Positions 46,265 through 56,559 of a stretch of 64,000 nt of DNA are shown one piece after another. Position 1 is the stretch's first letter, and each line of letters begins with the position of its first letter. Made by a program: the position numbers and the translations under genes. Where the stretch lies: assembly GCA_018897155.1 (NCBI GenBank), contig JAHILE010000045.1, forward strand, positions 2,236 to 66,235. The letters are read 5' to 3'. The stretch comes from Nanobdellota archaeon (GTDB lineage: Archaea > EX4484-52 > LFW-46). Under the pieces are notes generated by a model. The model had not been told where the DNA came from. It saw nothing but the letters and a program-made list of their open reading frames with translations, and did not search any database.

Positions 46265-47524
46265 TCATCTTGATACAAGATAATCGCTTCTTGCTTGTTC
46301 AATCTCCGCTACAACCGTATCGCCTAATTTTCCTTCTTTCAGAAGCACAGGTTTGTACGCGAAATTCCTGCCGATTGGCGTTCCGTCATCCATTTCAGTT
46401 ACAAGGACATCTCCCTTCCAGCCGAGCCATTCTTCGTTTTTCATATCCGCATATTTCATTGAAAGTGTTTTCACTTCATCCGAGCGGTTCTTTATTTTCC
46501 AAGAAGGTATCTGGTCCGGCATTGAGGCTGCTTTTGTCAGCGGCCTTACGCTATAATTGTATGCCTTGAGAACATCCGGCTTTATTTCGTTTATCAGTGC
46601 GATAGTTTTTCCGAAATCCTCGTCGCTTTCGCCAGGGAAGCCTATGATGACGTCTGTTGCTATTGTTGTGTTCGAGTATGCTTTTCTGAATTCCGCAACA
46701 ATGTTTTTGTACTGTTCTGCGGTGTATTCGCGCTTCATTTCTGCAAGTATTTTGTTCGAGCCCGATTGCATCGGAATTTCCAAATATTTGTAGATTTTCG
46801 GGTGGTTGTATGCAAGAATCAAATCCTTAAGTATCGGCATAACATTTGTAGGATTCATTGAGCCGAGCTTTATTCTGAATTCTCCGGGAATTGATGTGAG
46901 CTTTCTAAGCAGTGCCGGAAGGCGCGAGCCATTATCTTTTCCATAAGCTGCAACATCCTGCGCAACAAGATGTATTTCCCTTGCCCCGGAAGCCACAGCA
47001 TTCTGCACTTCGCGGATAATTCTATCCGGTTCGTTGCTTATCAATATGCCGCGCGTTATCGCATCAATACAATATGAGCAGTTTTCCGAGCATCCGTCAG
47101 ATATGGGGATTATTGCAACATACTGATTTATTTTCAGTTTCGGAGAATTTATGAGCTGAATGGGCTTGTCCTTGAATCTGAGGACCCGTGTGTTTGACTG
47201 CATCTTTTCAAGTATTTCAACAACATGTGCTGTTGAGCTGACTGCAGCAATGCTTGCAGTCGGTGCCACTTCCTCGATTTTTTCTTTTATTATTTCAGTT
47301 AGGCAGCCCATTACAAGAACGCGTTTTCTTTGCATATTAAGCTCTGATAGCCTGCGAAGAATCTTGTTTTCAGTTGATAGCTGAAGCGCGCATGTGTTAA
47401 GTATTATGACTTCCGCCGAATCAAAAGGCACCATCTGGTGGCCAGCTTCTGCAATCAGTCCTGCAATTGTCTCAGAAGAAGAAACATTGCTTTCGCATCC
47501 GTAAGTTTCTATATTAATTTTCAT
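46265..47524 (-). CDS. Radical-SAM methylthiotransferase, MiaB/e-MtaB (CDKAL1-like) family
   Basis: MTTase N-domain MKINIETYGCESN, radical SAM CSENCSYC, C-terminal TRAM. Start at Met 47524 (the track ORF has an extra 55-aa upstream extension). Confidence 0.85.
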   Translation of the reverse strand: MKINIETYGCESNVSSSETIAGLIAEAGHQMVPFDSAEVIILNTCALQLSTENKILRRLSELNMQRKRVLVMGCLTEIIKEKIEEVAPTASIAAVSSTAHVVEILEKMQSNTRVLRFKDKPIQLINSPKLKINQYVAIIPISDGCSENCSYCIDAITRGILISNEPDRIIREVQNAVASGAREIHLVAQDVAAYGKDNGSRLPALLRKLTSIPGEFRIKLGSMNPTNVMPILKDLILAYNHPKIYKYLEIPMQSGSNKILAEMKREYTAEQYKNIVAEFRKAYSNTTIATDVIIGFPGESDEDFGKTIALINEIKPDVLKAYNYSVRPLTKAASMPDQIPSWKIKNRSDEVKTLSMKYADMKNEEWLGWKGDVLVTEMDDGTPIGRNFAYKPVLLKEGKLGDTVVAEIEQARSDYLVSR

Positions 47525-47695
47525 TTTTGACACCCACATACTTAGAAAAAATGAAATCCTTTCGCAAGCTTTCGCTTGCTCTAGGCTTTTCGACATTATG
47601 TCGAAAAAGTTTCGAGTTCGCGAGCAGCGAACGAGATGACTTTCATAGTTCTCCCCGTTATTATTATGTAGTGCAAAGCTTAAATTCATAATTGA

Positions 47696-48397
47696 TTAAG
47701 CGCCAAGCCTTCTTAGAACGAGATTGAAGAACATCTTCGGGGATTCAAGCATGCTGAATTTCGCCTCTTTTTTTCCGCGCCAGATTATCGGCACTTCTTT
47801 TATCGAATATCCTGCGTGTTTTATGCGCCAGAGCATTTCGATATCGAATTCAAAGCTGCTTGAGCGCATTGCAGGCATTATTTTTTCGATAGCTTCGCGC
47901 GAAAAAATCTTTGCTCCGCATTGAGTATCGTGAATTTCGAGGCCAAAAAGCAGTTTGGCAAGCGAATTAAGCGCTTTGCTTCCAAATTTTTGCATCTCGC
48001 CTCTTGATTCGAATATTCTTGAGCCTTCGATTTTTCGCGAGGCTATTACACAATCCGCGCTTTCTATGACTGCGGAGATAAGCTTTTCATATTCTTCCGG
48101 CGTTACTGCATTATCCGCATCAACAAATCCGAGATAATCGCCACTCGCGGCATTAAATCCCGCAAACACTCCGCCGCCTTTTCCAAGCCTTCGGGCAAAT
48201 TCAAGAACTTTGACGTTTTTGAAGCGCTTTGCGATTTTTGCTGTTTTATCCAGACAGCCGTCGCATACAACAATCAGCTCGATAAGAAGCCCGTTTTTGC
48301 GAGATGCTTTCGAAAACTCAGAATATGCCTTAAGTGTTGAGGTTATGCGCGCCTCTTCATTATATGCAGGGATTATTATCGAAATATTTTGGGGCAT
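47696..48397 (-). CDS. Family 2 glycosyltransferase (Dpm1/dolichyl-phosphate hexosyltransferase-like)
   Basis: ISIIIPAYNEE, DxD (VDADN), 233 aa from the Met whose ATG overlaps the upstream gene stop (TGATG). Confidence 0.85.
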   Translation of the reverse strand: MPQNISIIIPAYNEEARITSTLKAYSEFSKASRKNGLLIELIVVCDGCLDKTAKIAKRFKNVKVLEFARRLGKGGGVFAGFNAASGDYLGFVDADNAVTPEEYEKLISAVIESADCVIASRKIEGSRIFESRGEMQKFGSKALNSLAKLLFGLEIHDTQCGAKIFSREAIEKIMPAMRSSSFEFDIEMLWRIKHAGYSIKEVPIIWRGKKEAKFSMLESPKMFFNLVLRRLGA

Positions 48398-49845
48398 CAA
48401 ACAACCTTTTGTTTTTGGAATATATAATAATCGCATTTGGAGTCATTTCCATAGTAAATCGTTTTGCTGTTTTTTTGTATGTCTCTTGCAAATGCCTTTA
48501 TAGTATTCGAGCATTCAATATCCTCTTCCGGGCACGGAAAATCGCATGAATTGAATATCGCATATCCTGTTTCATCATGTATTGCGTCGTAATTGTTCTG
48601 CGTGAAAATCAGCGAGTAATATATCGGCGTTATTTTTAGGTCCGAATAAACCACTATGTTTCGCGTTGAGGAAAATAAAGGACCTTTCCCGAAATCCATT
48701 TTCGAGTATGTTTTCTCGAATTCTGAAATATTTCCGACTTCCTTCGCCCTTTCAATATCTACAAGAACGAGATTCCATACAGTTATTGACAAGAAGATTA
48801 TCGAAATTACTGAGGCAATCTGCTTGTACGGCGCTTTTTCAAACATTCGCAGAATCTCAAAAAAGCCGTATGCTGCGATGATGAATAGATAGGGGAGGAA
48901 AGCCAGCATGTATCTGGCTTCCTTGTGGTTCAGGAGCGTGAAATAGATTATGAGGAACAGCCCGGCTACAAAAACAGGCAGTTTTTCTTTATCCTGCCAG
49001 AGTTTTCCTGCCACAAAATAGATTATTCCGATAGCAGTAAATGCGAGAAATGTGCTTTGAATCCACAGTTCATTAAAATAGAATCCATATCCCAAATCAT
49101 AAAGCCAGGAATATATTTTTGTTATGTTTTTGTTCGCGGAAATGAATGGTTTTGCAAAAGAGCCGTAAAGATACTCATTTATGAGAAGGTAGGGAATTAC
49201 CAAAAACAGCACCCCCGACATAAAATCATATATTTTATTAAGGGTGCTTTCAAAACTAAACGCGCCTTTTTTGCCGTATTTTTCTGATATTATGATTGAA
49301 ACCGCTATTGCCGCCGCAACCGCAGCCATTGGGAATCGCGTAAGGAATGCCATCGATACAAATATGCCTGTGATGAACATTGATTTTTCTGATTTTATCG
49401 AGATGTATGCGTATATGGCAGCCATTGCGAAGAAAAGCGAGATTATATCGCTTAAAAGAAGCGTGCTGAAATAGAAATATATTTTCGTGAAAGCAAGAAG
49501 CACTGCCGCAGTAATGCCTTCCTTTTCGCCAAATGCGCGCCTTCCAATAAGATAGGTAAGAACGATTGTGCCTGCAGAAAAAAGCATTGCCATAGTGCGG
49601 CCTGCAGACAGCGGATCAAATCCGAGTTTCCAAAGAATTCCAGAGAAAAGAGGCATTATGGGAGGCCTTATTTCTTCCCAGAACCCTATTGAACATCCGG
49701 AAAAAATATATTTTCCCATTCCGATATAAACTGCTTCATCCCACCATAACGGATTATTGTGGTATAGAGTAAGGATTTGAAGCGCTATGAATAGAATCAG
49801 GGCTATGTAAAAAATTATCACGTATTTCTTATTTTCGGGATGCAT
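48397..49845 (-). CDS. GT-C fold glycosyltransferase (PMT/ArnT, GT39/GT83-like), 12+ TM
   Basis: N-terminal WWDEAVY loop motif after TM1, polytopic 482 aa. Confidence 0.7.
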   Translation of the reverse strand: MHPENKKYVIIFYIALILFIALQILTLYHNNPLWWDEAVYIGMGKYIFSGCSIGFWEEIRPPIMPLFSGILWKLGFDPLSAGRTMAMLFSAGTIVLTYLIGRRAFGEKEGITAAVLLAFTKIYFYFSTLLLSDIISLFFAMAAIYAYISIKSEKSMFITGIFVSMAFLTRFPMAAVAAAIAVSIIISEKYGKKGAFSFESTLNKIYDFMSGVLFLVIPYLLINEYLYGSFAKPFISANKNITKIYSWLYDLGYGFYFNELWIQSTFLAFTAIGIIYFVAGKLWQDKEKLPVFVAGLFLIIYFTLLNHKEARYMLAFLPYLFIIAAYGFFEILRMFEKAPYKQIASVISIIFLSITVWNLVLVDIERAKEVGNISEFEKTYSKMDFGKGPLFSSTRNIVVYSDLKITPIYYSLIFTQNNYDAIHDETGYAIFNSCDFPCPEEDIECSNTIKAFARDIQKNSKTIYYGNDSKCDYYIFQKQKVV

Positions 49846-49933
49846 GTGAGATATTATTGGATGAAATCAGATATAAAAACATAATCTAATAAATATCCGC
49901 AGGTTTTATTGGCGTTTTATGGATTCTTTGATA

Positions 49934-50644
49934 TCAATAATATCCGGAACATTCGGTTTGATTTTCTTTGTCAATGTATTGCGGACATATTTCTTTGAGC
50001 AGTTCAGTGCGTGTCAGGAATTGTTCAACTTTCTTATCATTTATAATGAGCGTAGGGTACTTGGTTATGTTGTACTTATTTTTTAGAAGTATTACCATCG
50101 GCTCATTTATGAAGTCGCTGTCTATCGCAAATATGAGTATCTTGTTTTCAAAGGCCTGCTTAAGGTTTGAAAGAATGACTCCTTGGGACTCAAGACAGAC
50201 TTTGCAATCGTTGCTGAAAAAATAAAGGACGGTTACAGAATCCCCACTACATGTCTTTTTGAATTCTTCGGATAGAAGCCAATACTTAAGGTTTGAAAGA
50301 AGATATTGCCTTTTAAGAAACAGGTAATTCGTGCTGTTCACGTTTTTGCTTTTTTCATAATCCAGCATCTGATTAAGCGTCGGCGCAAGCGTTCTTATGT
50401 TGTTTTCAAGCGTCTGGTATAATGTAGGGCATTTTTCCGTCCCCTGTATACTTTCAAGATAAAGATATTGAAGCTGCAAGCTCGTGAATTCAAGCTCTTG
50501 TTGCTTTACAACTTCCTGAACATAGCCCCGTTTATAATCGTCAAAGAAGTTTCCAAGAAGAAAGCCGAGCGTAAATACCATGATTGTAATAACCAGAGCT
50601 ACTGCGTATTTGTCTTTTCTTAGATTTCGCATTTCAGCCTGCAT
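49934..50644 (-). CDS. Membrane-anchored thioredoxin-fold protein (CxxC)
   Basis: N-terminal TM helix; FFSNDCKVCLES CxxC motif. Confidence 0.45.
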   Translation of the reverse strand: MQAEMRNLRKDKYAVALVITIMVFTLGFLLGNFFDDYKRGYVQEVVKQQELEFTSLQLQYLYLESIQGTEKCPTLYQTLENNIRTLAPTLNQMLDYEKSKNVNSTNYLFLKRQYLLSNLKYWLLSEEFKKTCSGDSVTVLYFFSNDCKVCLESQGVILSNLKQAFENKILIFAIDSDFINEPMVILLKNKYNITKYPTLIINDKKVEQFLTRTELLKEICPQYIDKENQTECSGYY

Positions 50645-50677
50645 ATTACCATCTTTTTAGTTTATAATTTCTTAAAA

Positions 50678-51925
50678 TTACCATCTTTTTACGCGCTTTA
50701 AAACAAGAAGCTCAAACATCGAGCCCACCCAGATGAACGATAGGATAATATAGTATACCACAAAATATAAAAGCAGCGGGATTATCTGGTATGCTGAAAG
50801 CTTTTCACTGCCATTTTTAAACCCCTTCAGCATCCAGTAAATGCCTATTGCAAATATCAGAATTATTATGAATATCTTCGTGTAGTCATACATTAGAAGA
50901 AGCGATTTGAGTTCTACAGCAGTGTATCGTGGAATATATATATTAAAGTTCAGCAGAAACAGATTTGATATTTTCGTAATTATCGGCGATATAAAATACT
51001 TGAAAAAAAGAGTGACCGTTATAAAAGGCAATATTAGCCCCATTACAAGTGTTGGAAGCTGGAAAATTCCGAAATCGCCGTATTTTTTATTTAATAACAT
51101 ATCGCGGTACTGGTATATTGTTATTACCGAACCTTTGAACCATCGGCATCTTTGATTGTAGAGTTCTGATAGGTTCTTAGGCGCTATTGTAAGCACTTCA
51201 CCCGTAGTGCTTTGCAGGATTTTGTAGTGGTTTCTTTGTATTCTATAGCATATTTCCTGGTCCTCTACAATTGTTTTTTCGTCAAAGCCTCCTATTTTTT
51301 GTATCGCGCTTTTTCTGTAAATGCTGAAAGGGCCGGATGTAACATGAATGCTGTTCATGCTTGAAAAAATACATTTGAGAAATCCGTAGAGCAGATACTC
51401 TAATGCCTGAAGCCTTTGAAGAATTGTTTTTGGCTGATACACTTTCATTAGCGGAGACACCGCGGCAATATCCCCCTCGTAAAAGTATCGCATCATTTCT
51501 TTTAGCGTGTCGCTTCTCACCATAGAATCTGCGTCAAGGCATGCTACAAAATCTCCTTTTGCGCGTTTTATTCCCTCATTTAGAGCTGCGCCTTTTCCCA
51601 AATTTTTCTGATTGATTAGCAGCAGCTTAAAATGATGTTCCTTTTGCATAAAACCCTCGGCAATGTTTTGGGTTTTGTCTTTTGAGCCGTCGTTGACTAC
51701 AATTATTTCAAGCAGATCTTTTGGATAATCTAAGTTCATTAACGATTCAAGCGTCTTTCCTATGGATTCTTCTTCATTGTATGCAGGCACTATAACGCTT
51801 ACCGAAGGAATCGTATCGAGCCTTTTTGGAGGCGGACGTTTCTCAAAAAAAGTGATAAGAAGAAAAACCGAGACATAAAGCGAAAAGAAATACACTGCCC
51901 AGAAAACAATATCAGAGAAATACAT
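50678..51925 (-). CDS. Processive family 2 glycosyltransferase (QxxRW type, multi-TM)
   Basis: VSVIVPAYNEEESI, DADS, QRCRWFKGS motifs; C-terminal TM bundle. Confidence 0.8.
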   Translation of the reverse strand: MYFSDIVFWAVYFFSLYVSVFLLITFFEKRPPPKRLDTIPSVSVIVPAYNEEESIGKTLESLMNLDYPKDLLEIIVVNDGSKDKTQNIAEGFMQKEHHFKLLLINQKNLGKGAALNEGIKRAKGDFVACLDADSMVRSDTLKEMMRYFYEGDIAAVSPLMKVYQPKTILQRLQALEYLLYGFLKCIFSSMNSIHVTSGPFSIYRKSAIQKIGGFDEKTIVEDQEICYRIQRNHYKILQSTTGEVLTIAPKNLSELYNQRCRWFKGSVITIYQYRDMLLNKKYGDFGIFQLPTLVMGLILPFITVTLFFKYFISPIITKISNLFLLNFNIYIPRYTAVELKSLLLMYDYTKIFIIILIFAIGIYWMLKGFKNGSEKLSAYQIIPLLLYFVVYYIILSFIWVGSMFELLVLKRVKRW

Positions 51926-51940
51926 GATAGTTTCACCATT

Positions 51941-52279
51941 TTAAAGAAGCTTTAGTTTTCCTGCAACAGCATCTATTTTATCATCATCTTCAGGCCCGAT
52001 ACCAACGCATGTCGCAGTTCCTGGCTCAAGCTGTGTTTTTCCAGCATCGCGGATTAATGCTGCGGGAATTTTCGCCTTTTTTGCAGTCATAAAAACATCT
52101 ATTAGCTCTTTTTCGCCAGAAACTTTCAATATTACCTTTTTCTGGCCTTCGGATTCCCATGATTCTGCCGAATCGAAATCTGCTTTTTTATACGATTCAA
52201 GGGATGCATGCGCGGCCTGCGCGGCAAGCTTACCTTTTGTCATTTTCAGATCTGCGCGAATTATTATTGCCTGTTTCAT
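51941..52279 (-). CDS. pth2: Peptidyl-tRNA hydrolase, archaeal/eukaryotic Pth2 type
   Basis: 112 aa, KQAIIIRADLKMTKGKLAAQAAHAS signature. Confidence 0.85.
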   Translation of the reverse strand: MKQAIIIRADLKMTKGKLAAQAAHASLESYKKADFDSAESWESEGQKKVILKVSGEKELIDVFMTAKKAKIPAALIRDAGKTQLEPGTATCVGIGPEDDDKIDAVAGKLKLL

Positions 52280-52327
52280 AGAATGAATTTGTGCGGACAG
52301 GTATAAAAAGGCTCTTATTTTGTTAGG

Positions 52328-53065
52328 CTATCTCTTTCCATGAACCTCATTTTTCAATCTTTCGAAGAATTCTTGCATAAAACCCATTCTTTCTTTAGCG
52401 ATTTCTTTTGCTTTTTGAGTATATAATTTGTCGGGTATGTGTATGACTTTTGTCACAAAATCAAGGTTTGGCGAGTGTTTTGACGGGTTTTTTATTCTTC
52501 CGTTCGGCTTTCCGCCGACAAGATTATCGCTTATATATTCTTCAATTGGCGTATCTACGTATATTTTTTCGCCATGTTCTCCGGCAACCATGAAAAGGCG
52601 CGCGATTCCGACTGCTCCGAGCGTGTCGAGCTTATCCGCGTCAAAAAGTATTTTTGCTTCTATTGTCTTTGGCTCGTTGCCGGTTCTGAAGCGATGGCAT
52701 GCTATGCTGTGTTTTACTTTCTCTATTTTTTCAGGAGGGAAGTTAAGCTCTTTTAGTATTTTTTCAGACATGACAGAGCCAAGAACTGCGTGATCAGTAT
52801 TTCCAGTATTGTCGCCGGCTTCTTTAACGCGCGCGATATCGTGAAGAAGAACTGAGGCTTCAAGGACATCTTTGTCAACATCTTTTTCGCCATCTGCAAT
52901 CTCCGTTCGCTTGCTTTCGGCTCTTGCAGCCATCTCTGCGTCTGCAAGATGCATGCATAAATCATGGACGCGCATTACATGGTCCATACTGTGCGCGGAG
53001 CCGGAAAGTTCTTTTTCCATGATTGCCTTAATTTTCTGTTGAATTTCGTTCATAAGAAATCGCAA
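52328..53065 (-). CDS. HD-domain phosphohydrolase
   Basis: H...HD...D metal-binding pattern (MRVHDL..., LLHDIARV). Confidence 0.75.
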   Translation of the reverse strand: MRFLMNEIQQKIKAIMEKELSGSAHSMDHVMRVHDLCMHLADAEMAARAESKRTEIADGEKDVDKDVLEASVLLHDIARVKEAGDNTGNTDHAVLGSVMSEKILKELNFPPEKIEKVKHSIACHRFRTGNEPKTIEAKILFDADKLDTLGAVGIARLFMVAGEHGEKIYVDTPIEEYISDNLVGGKPNGRIKNPSKHSPNLDFVTKVIHIPDKLYTQKAKEIAKERMGFMQEFFERLKNEVHGKR

Positions 53066-53081
53066 TTGAATGTTTGTGGGG

Positions 53082-54335
53082 TTATTGCTTGATTACGCCC
53101 CAACCAATGAGCCGCCATTTGCTTTCTATCTGGCGCGATAGCGCGACTTTGTCCCCGATTGATGCGCATACCGGAATTTTTAGTAGGAATTCGGCAACTT
53201 TTCCGGGTTTTGTGCAAATTCCAATCGTTCTTGAAGTATTGACATTCATGAGCAAGGCATCATTTTGCTTTACTTCATTTTTCACCTGTTTTGCATCAAC
53301 AAGGCGCTCAAAAGTGTGCATTTCAAGCTTTAAATTATTGAATACGGCGGGGAGTTTTCCTTCAAGCCCAAGAACATTTCCAACAAGGTTATCTGATTTT
53401 GCTAGAGACGGATCTAAGAGAGTTCCGACACTAAGAAGCCCTCCGGGTTTTCCGGCATCAAGCGATGCATTGCCCTGATTTATACTTACAATCGTTGATT
53501 TAAGAGGAACCCATTTACTCTCCTTTTTTGCACCAGGGCGTATTTCTATTTTGTCGCCTTTTTTTAGATTCCCGCGCACAAGGCTTCCTCCGACCACGCC
53601 GCCGACAAGTTCAGATATATCGGTTCCGGGCCGGTTTACATCAAAGCTTCGCGCGATATACATAATAGGGTCTGCATTCGAATCATGCGGCTTTGGCTGT
53701 ATTATATCAGTTATTGCTGCAAGAAGAACATCAATGTTTGCCTGATGCTGCGCAGAAACAGGAATTATCGGCGCGTTTTCTGCAACCGAGCCTTTGATAA
53801 AAGCCTTTATCTGGCCGTAGTTTTTTCGCATCTGTGCCTCATCAACAAGATCCACTTTGTTTTGCACAATAACTATATTTTTTATTCCTGCGATATTTAA
53901 GACCATTAGATGCTCTGCAGTTTGCGGCTGCGGGCATTGTTCATTTGCCGCGATTACCAAAAGCGCGCCATCCATAAGAGATGCTCCTGTCAGCACTGTC
54001 GCCATCAATGTTTCGTGTCCGGGGCAGTCGATTACAGACAAGGCACGGACATATTCGGTATTAACTTCATGTTCTAAGCATTTCGGCATTGTGGTGTATG
54101 CTTTAATGCTCTCGCACTTTGGGCATTTTCTTATTTCCATATCTGCGTAACCGAGGCGAATTGAAATGCCGCGCTTCAGCTCTTCGGAATGTTCGTCTGT
54201 GAATTTTCCGGTAAGCGCCTGAGTAAGCGTGGTTTTTCCATGGTCGACGTGGCCGACAATTCCGATGTTCATTTCCGGAAGGTGCCTGTCTGCTTTGTTT
54301 TGCGCAACATCCGATTCTGATTTTTTAGAAACCAT
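53082..54335 (-). CDS. Translation initiation factor aIF2 gamma subunit
   Basis: GTPase G1 GHVDHGKTT, zinc ribbon CPKCES...C, domains II/III, 417 aa. Confidence 0.9.
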   Translation of the reverse strand: MVSKKSESDVAQNKADRHLPEMNIGIVGHVDHGKTTLTQALTGKFTDEHSEELKRGISIRLGYADMEIRKCPKCESIKAYTTMPKCLEHEVNTEYVRALSVIDCPGHETLMATVLTGASLMDGALLVIAANEQCPQPQTAEHLMVLNIAGIKNIVIVQNKVDLVDEAQMRKNYGQIKAFIKGSVAENAPIIPVSAQHQANIDVLLAAITDIIQPKPHDSNADPIMYIARSFDVNRPGTDISELVGGVVGGSLVRGNLKKGDKIEIRPGAKKESKWVPLKSTIVSINQGNASLDAGKPGGLLSVGTLLDPSLAKSDNLVGNVLGLEGKLPAVFNNLKLEMHTFERLVDAKQVKNEVKQNDALLMNVNTSRTIGICTKPGKVAEFLLKIPVCASIGDKVALSRQIESKWRLIGWGVIKQ

Positions 54336-54464
54336 AGAACCATTAATTGAAAAGAAAGATTTAAATAGAAAGGCGAAACATAAAATGCAAGCACGTAGAT
54401 GAAAACAGCTAAACTATCCGCAGGCTAAAAAGTTATTTAAATAAACCTTAGCATAGGTATTTTT

Positions 54465-56243
54465 ATGCCAAAAATAACTGACGAAATCATGCGCGAAGCA
54501 GAAAACAAGCATTATGATTTTCAGACAGGGTGCTATTTCTCAGGCTCAAAGAAAATCCGCGGCGCACGCCTTATATGGAGCGACAAAATCAGTGATATGT
54601 ATTGGAATTATGCGACTAAAATCAATGCAGATGAAAAAACCAAGGGCGCGTTAATAAAAGAAATTATCGCTTTTTACAAAGAAAAAAACAGGCAGCCTGA
54701 ATTGTATATCACGCCGTTTACTGAGCCGAAGAATCTTGCAGAGTATGCAAAACTAATTGGCTTTAAATTAGCATTTAGAGATGCTTGGATGTTTTATGAG
54801 GGGCAAAAAAAACAAATCAAAACGCTTGAAAATTTTATAATAAAGCAAGTCAAGACAAAAGAAGAAATGAAACTCTTTATTGATGTTTTTCATCAGGCGT
54901 ATGGCGGCGCAACTCTGAACGAACCTTATGGAGCGCTTCCAAAAGAATACGGAGAATGCCTTATTAATTCGTTTACAAATCCGCTAAAAGGAAAAACCAC
55001 CATTCATTATTTAGGGCTTTTAAACGGGATTGCGGTTGGCATTGCAACCCTGTTTTATTCAGAAAAATTCGGATGCATCACTAATGTTGGAGTTGTTTCG
55101 TTTCAAAGAAAAAAAGGAATCGGGGCTCTTTTAACAATAAATGCGATTGCGGATTCGATTAAGAATAAAGCTGAAATAGTGTTTTTGTATACTGAAGAAG
55201 GCAGCATCAATGAAAAATACTATCAAAAACTTGGCTTTTCTACAAAATTTATCGGTGAATCATTTTTGCTTGATGCTCTTGAATACGGAGTTTACCAAAC
55301 CGTTAATTCCTGCGTAAAGATAAAACCAAATGAAAATGTGGTAATACTCACAGACAATAAAATAAAGGCAGTTGCGGCGCGTATTGCCGATGCCGTAAAG
55401 AAAATAACGCCCAATATTAAGACATACACACTTAATGATTACGGAAAACGGCCTTTTAAAATACCGCCATTTATTCTTGAAGACATCAAAAAATCCGATG
55501 CTGCATTCGTTATTACCGAGTACATTTATGGTGATATGCCCGTACTTTATGAACCGGTGAATGGCGCAGTTACTAAAAGCCGGACGCGCATGGCTGCATT
55601 AGTCGATATAGACGAATCGCTGTTAAAAGACGGGATGAATGCAGATTATGAAAAAATCGGCAAGTTTTCAAAGAAAATATATCGCATTGTTAAAAATGCT
55701 AAGAAAATACGCGTTATTACCGATTTAGGAACTGATATTACTGTAACTCTCGGCTATAAATGGGCTGTGTTTGACGGAATTCCAAGACCCGGAAAATGGG
55801 TTAATTTGCCTGATGGAGAGGTATTGACTGCGCCAAAAAATGTTGATGGCGTAGTTGTTGTTGATGGCAGTATAGAATTTCTGGGAATTTTGACACAACA
55901 CCCTATGAAAATTGAAATCAAAGACGGCTTTGCACAAAAAGAAAGCGTATCATGTGCGCGTAAGGAAATAAAAGACAAATTTACTGAACTCGTTTTTACA
56001 ACGGACGAAAATTCAAGCCGTGTAGGAGAGTTCGCATTCGGAACTAACTTATTCCTAAAAAATTTGTCAGGCAATCTGCTTCAGGACGAGAAATTTCCAA
56101 GCATCCATATCGCATTCGGAGACCCGCACGGAAGCCTGACAGGGGCAAAGTGGAGGAGCAATAATCACATGGATGCAATTATATTAAAGCCGACAGTATT
56201 TGTTGATGATGTTAAGGTTATGGAAAAGGAAAATATCTTATAG
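54465..56243 (+). CDS. Fusion protein: N-terminal GNAT acetyltransferase-like domain + C-terminal M29 (aminopeptidase T/AmpS)-like domain
   Basis: GNAT motif A VSFQRKKGIGALL around residue 220. The C-terminal 320 aa resemble thermophilic-metalloprotease M29 aminopeptidases (VKIKPNENVVILTD...HIAFGDPHG). Confidence 0.5.
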   Translation: MPKITDEIMREAENKHYDFQTGCYFSGSKKIRGARLIWSDKISDMYWNYATKINADEKTKGALIKEIIAFYKEKNRQPELYITPFTEPKNLAEYAKLIGFKLAFRDAWMFYEGQKKQIKTLENFIIKQVKTKEEMKLFIDVFHQAYGGATLNEPYGALPKEYGECLINSFTNPLKGKTTIHYLGLLNGIAVGIATLFYSEKFGCITNVGVVSFQRKKGIGALLTINAIADSIKNKAEIVFLYTEEGSINEKYYQKLGFSTKFIGESFLLDALEYGVYQTVNSCVKIKPNENVVILTDNKIKAVAARIADAVKKITPNIKTYTLNDYGKRPFKIPPFILEDIKKSDAAFVITEYIYGDMPVLYEPVNGAVTKSRTRMAALVDIDESLLKDGMNADYEKIGKFSKKIYRIVKNAKKIRVITDLGTDITVTLGYKWAVFDGIPRPGKWVNLPDGEVLTAPKNVDGVVVVDGSIEFLGILTQHPMKIEIKDGFAQKESVSCARKEIKDKFTELVFTTDENSSRVGEFAFGTNLFLKNLSGNLLQDEKFPSIHIAFGDPHGSLTGAKWRSNNHMDAIILKPTVFVDDVKVMEKENIL

Positions 56244-56559
56244 AATAAAAGATAGGATACGTTTTGAGATAGGTTGATTTCTACATAGTAAAATAAAACG
56301 TAGCGGCGCGCATAATCCATAGTTGTAATTTAAATAATTTAATGATGGAAGAACAAAGCGCCTCCAATGAAAGAGGCGCAAAATAAACTCAATGATCAAC
56401 TAAATAATAACCATTACTCAATTATTTTTTTTTCGCTGGTTTTGGTCCTATCATTTAAGTCACCTATGGAAGACGAGGAATGGGTTATGGGTGGGTCAAC
56501 CACACATATCTTATGAACGACTGAGATTATATACTCCATTATGGAGTTTATTGAAGCCG

